A stretch of 64,000 nt of DNA, from contig OX597825.1 of NCBI GenBank assembly GCA_951406725.2, positions 31,806,001 through 31,870,000 on the forward strand. The letters run 5' to 3'. Origin of the DNA: Octopus vulgaris. Lineage: Eukaryota. Made by a program: the position numbers and the translations under genes. Positions 62,637-64,000 of this stretch are shown one piece after another. Positions within the stretch are counted from its first letter, which is position 1. The number at the start of each line of letters is the position of its first letter. The notes beneath the pieces are model-generated. The model was not told the origin of the DNA. It made no database searches and saw nothing but the letters and a program-made list of their open reading frames with translations.

Positions 62637-64000
62637 GATAATTGTTTCTAATTTGAGTACAAGGCCAAACAGCTTGAGGAAAGGGGTTGAAAGTACCATC
62701 AACTCCGTATTTGATTGGTAATTTATTTTATTGTTTCCAGTAAAATGACAGTATAGTTGACTTGAACAGAATTTGAACTCAGAGTATGAGGAGTTGAAAG
62801 AAATACTGCAAAGTTATTTTCCAATTTTCTAACAATTTTTGCTTACCCACTCCCCTTTAGCAATTATTTCTTGTCTAAGTACAAGGCCTGAGACTTGGAG
62901 TAAGGAACCATATTGAGATTTGAACTCAGAAAGCAAAGAGTCAGCACAAATACTGCAATGCATTTTTGTCTGAAGAAACAAAAGAGGGAGTTTTTATGTG
63001 GTTGATTGATGAGCTAGAAATAGCAGCTAAATCTGTCTCAAATCATAACCTCACAGTCAGTAAAAAAAGGACATGTTTGATAATGTGATCCTTGATTGCT
63101 AACAATGGGATGGTCATTGCTGGAATTCTTTTGATCATAGGTTCACTCCATCAGGGTTGTCCAGCTGTAGTCATGATTTGTAATTTTAGCACATAACCAC
63201 AAATTGGTAGAGAAGCAGTCATGTTGACTGAGTTCTCCTGAATGAATCCCATTATCGTGTTATTATCAACAATTGAAAATAGTGAGTGAGTTGTTGCAGT
63301 CCCTGACTGCCTCAGCGCACCCTCATGCAACATGCTCCAGTTTTCTCACTGCTTCTCCATCTAATATATCCTGTCTGTTGCACTGTGCACCTTCATATAA
63401 AGATCCCCAACCTATGCTCTATACCGTTAAACAAAGAACCCTGGCTGCTGAAATTACATCCCCATACAATGTACTCCAACTGACACGCTGCATCCCCCAC
63501 GCCACCCATGCAGCATGCTCTGGCTGCTGCACTGCATCCCATGTAACATTCCCAAAATGTCACATTGCACCTCTCAGTATGTTGCCTGGTGTTCTGTTAA
63601 CCTTGCTCATTTATTTTGGAGGTGGTTGATCTGCAGACATCATATATCTTAGTGTTATTTAAGTAAAGTTCCTTTGAGCTTAAGCTGCCATCATAACAAC
63701 TTGCAACTCGACAGTGCAAATTTATTTGTGTCTCAAGGATAAATTTGATGTTTTCTTTGCACCAGGAAAAAAAATACTAACATACATTTCATTGTTTAGA
63801 TATCCAAGTTATATTGAACTTAATCTAAGGATATTTTACAGTCGTTAGATACAGGATTAAACTGTTTTGGTTTATCTTCCTTTTGATAACCTGACCAACG
63901 TGTATTTGATATTATTAATTATTTGTGTAAAACAAATAGTTCTTAGTTTTTTTTTTCCTCTATGATATCCTCTATAAAAGTTTTATATATTTATTTATTC

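Overview
AT-rich, repeat-dense eukaryotic DNA. The SINE families, microsatellites and LINE content look like an octopus (coleoid cephalopod) genome; this is an inference from recognising the repeats. No intact protein-coding gene is visible, and almost all listed ORFs are microsatellite or repeat read-through. The window holds dozens of SINEs from about five families (labelled A-E here), decayed LINEs (four RTE-type, three CR1/Jockey-type, one Tx1/L1-type), a hAT transposase pseudogene, a hAT-type MITE, two complete non-autonomous Helitrons, a Helitron helicase relic and a Helentron-like end. The most interesting object is a ~340-bp composite at 43883-44225. It combines a tRNA-derived Pol III head, an (AAT)n linker and a minimal type I hammerhead ribozyme, with an inverted copy of its own 3' end, which suggests a SINE-like element mobilised by Penelope-like elements (PLEs). 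Two further decayed hammerhead motifs lie at 172-225 and 24034-24073. CpG-rich and CpG-poor blocks alternate, with strong splice donors at two of the borders, suggesting promoters and methylated introns of long host genes whose coding exons are mostly outside the window. Coordinates of old, degenerate repeats are approximate.
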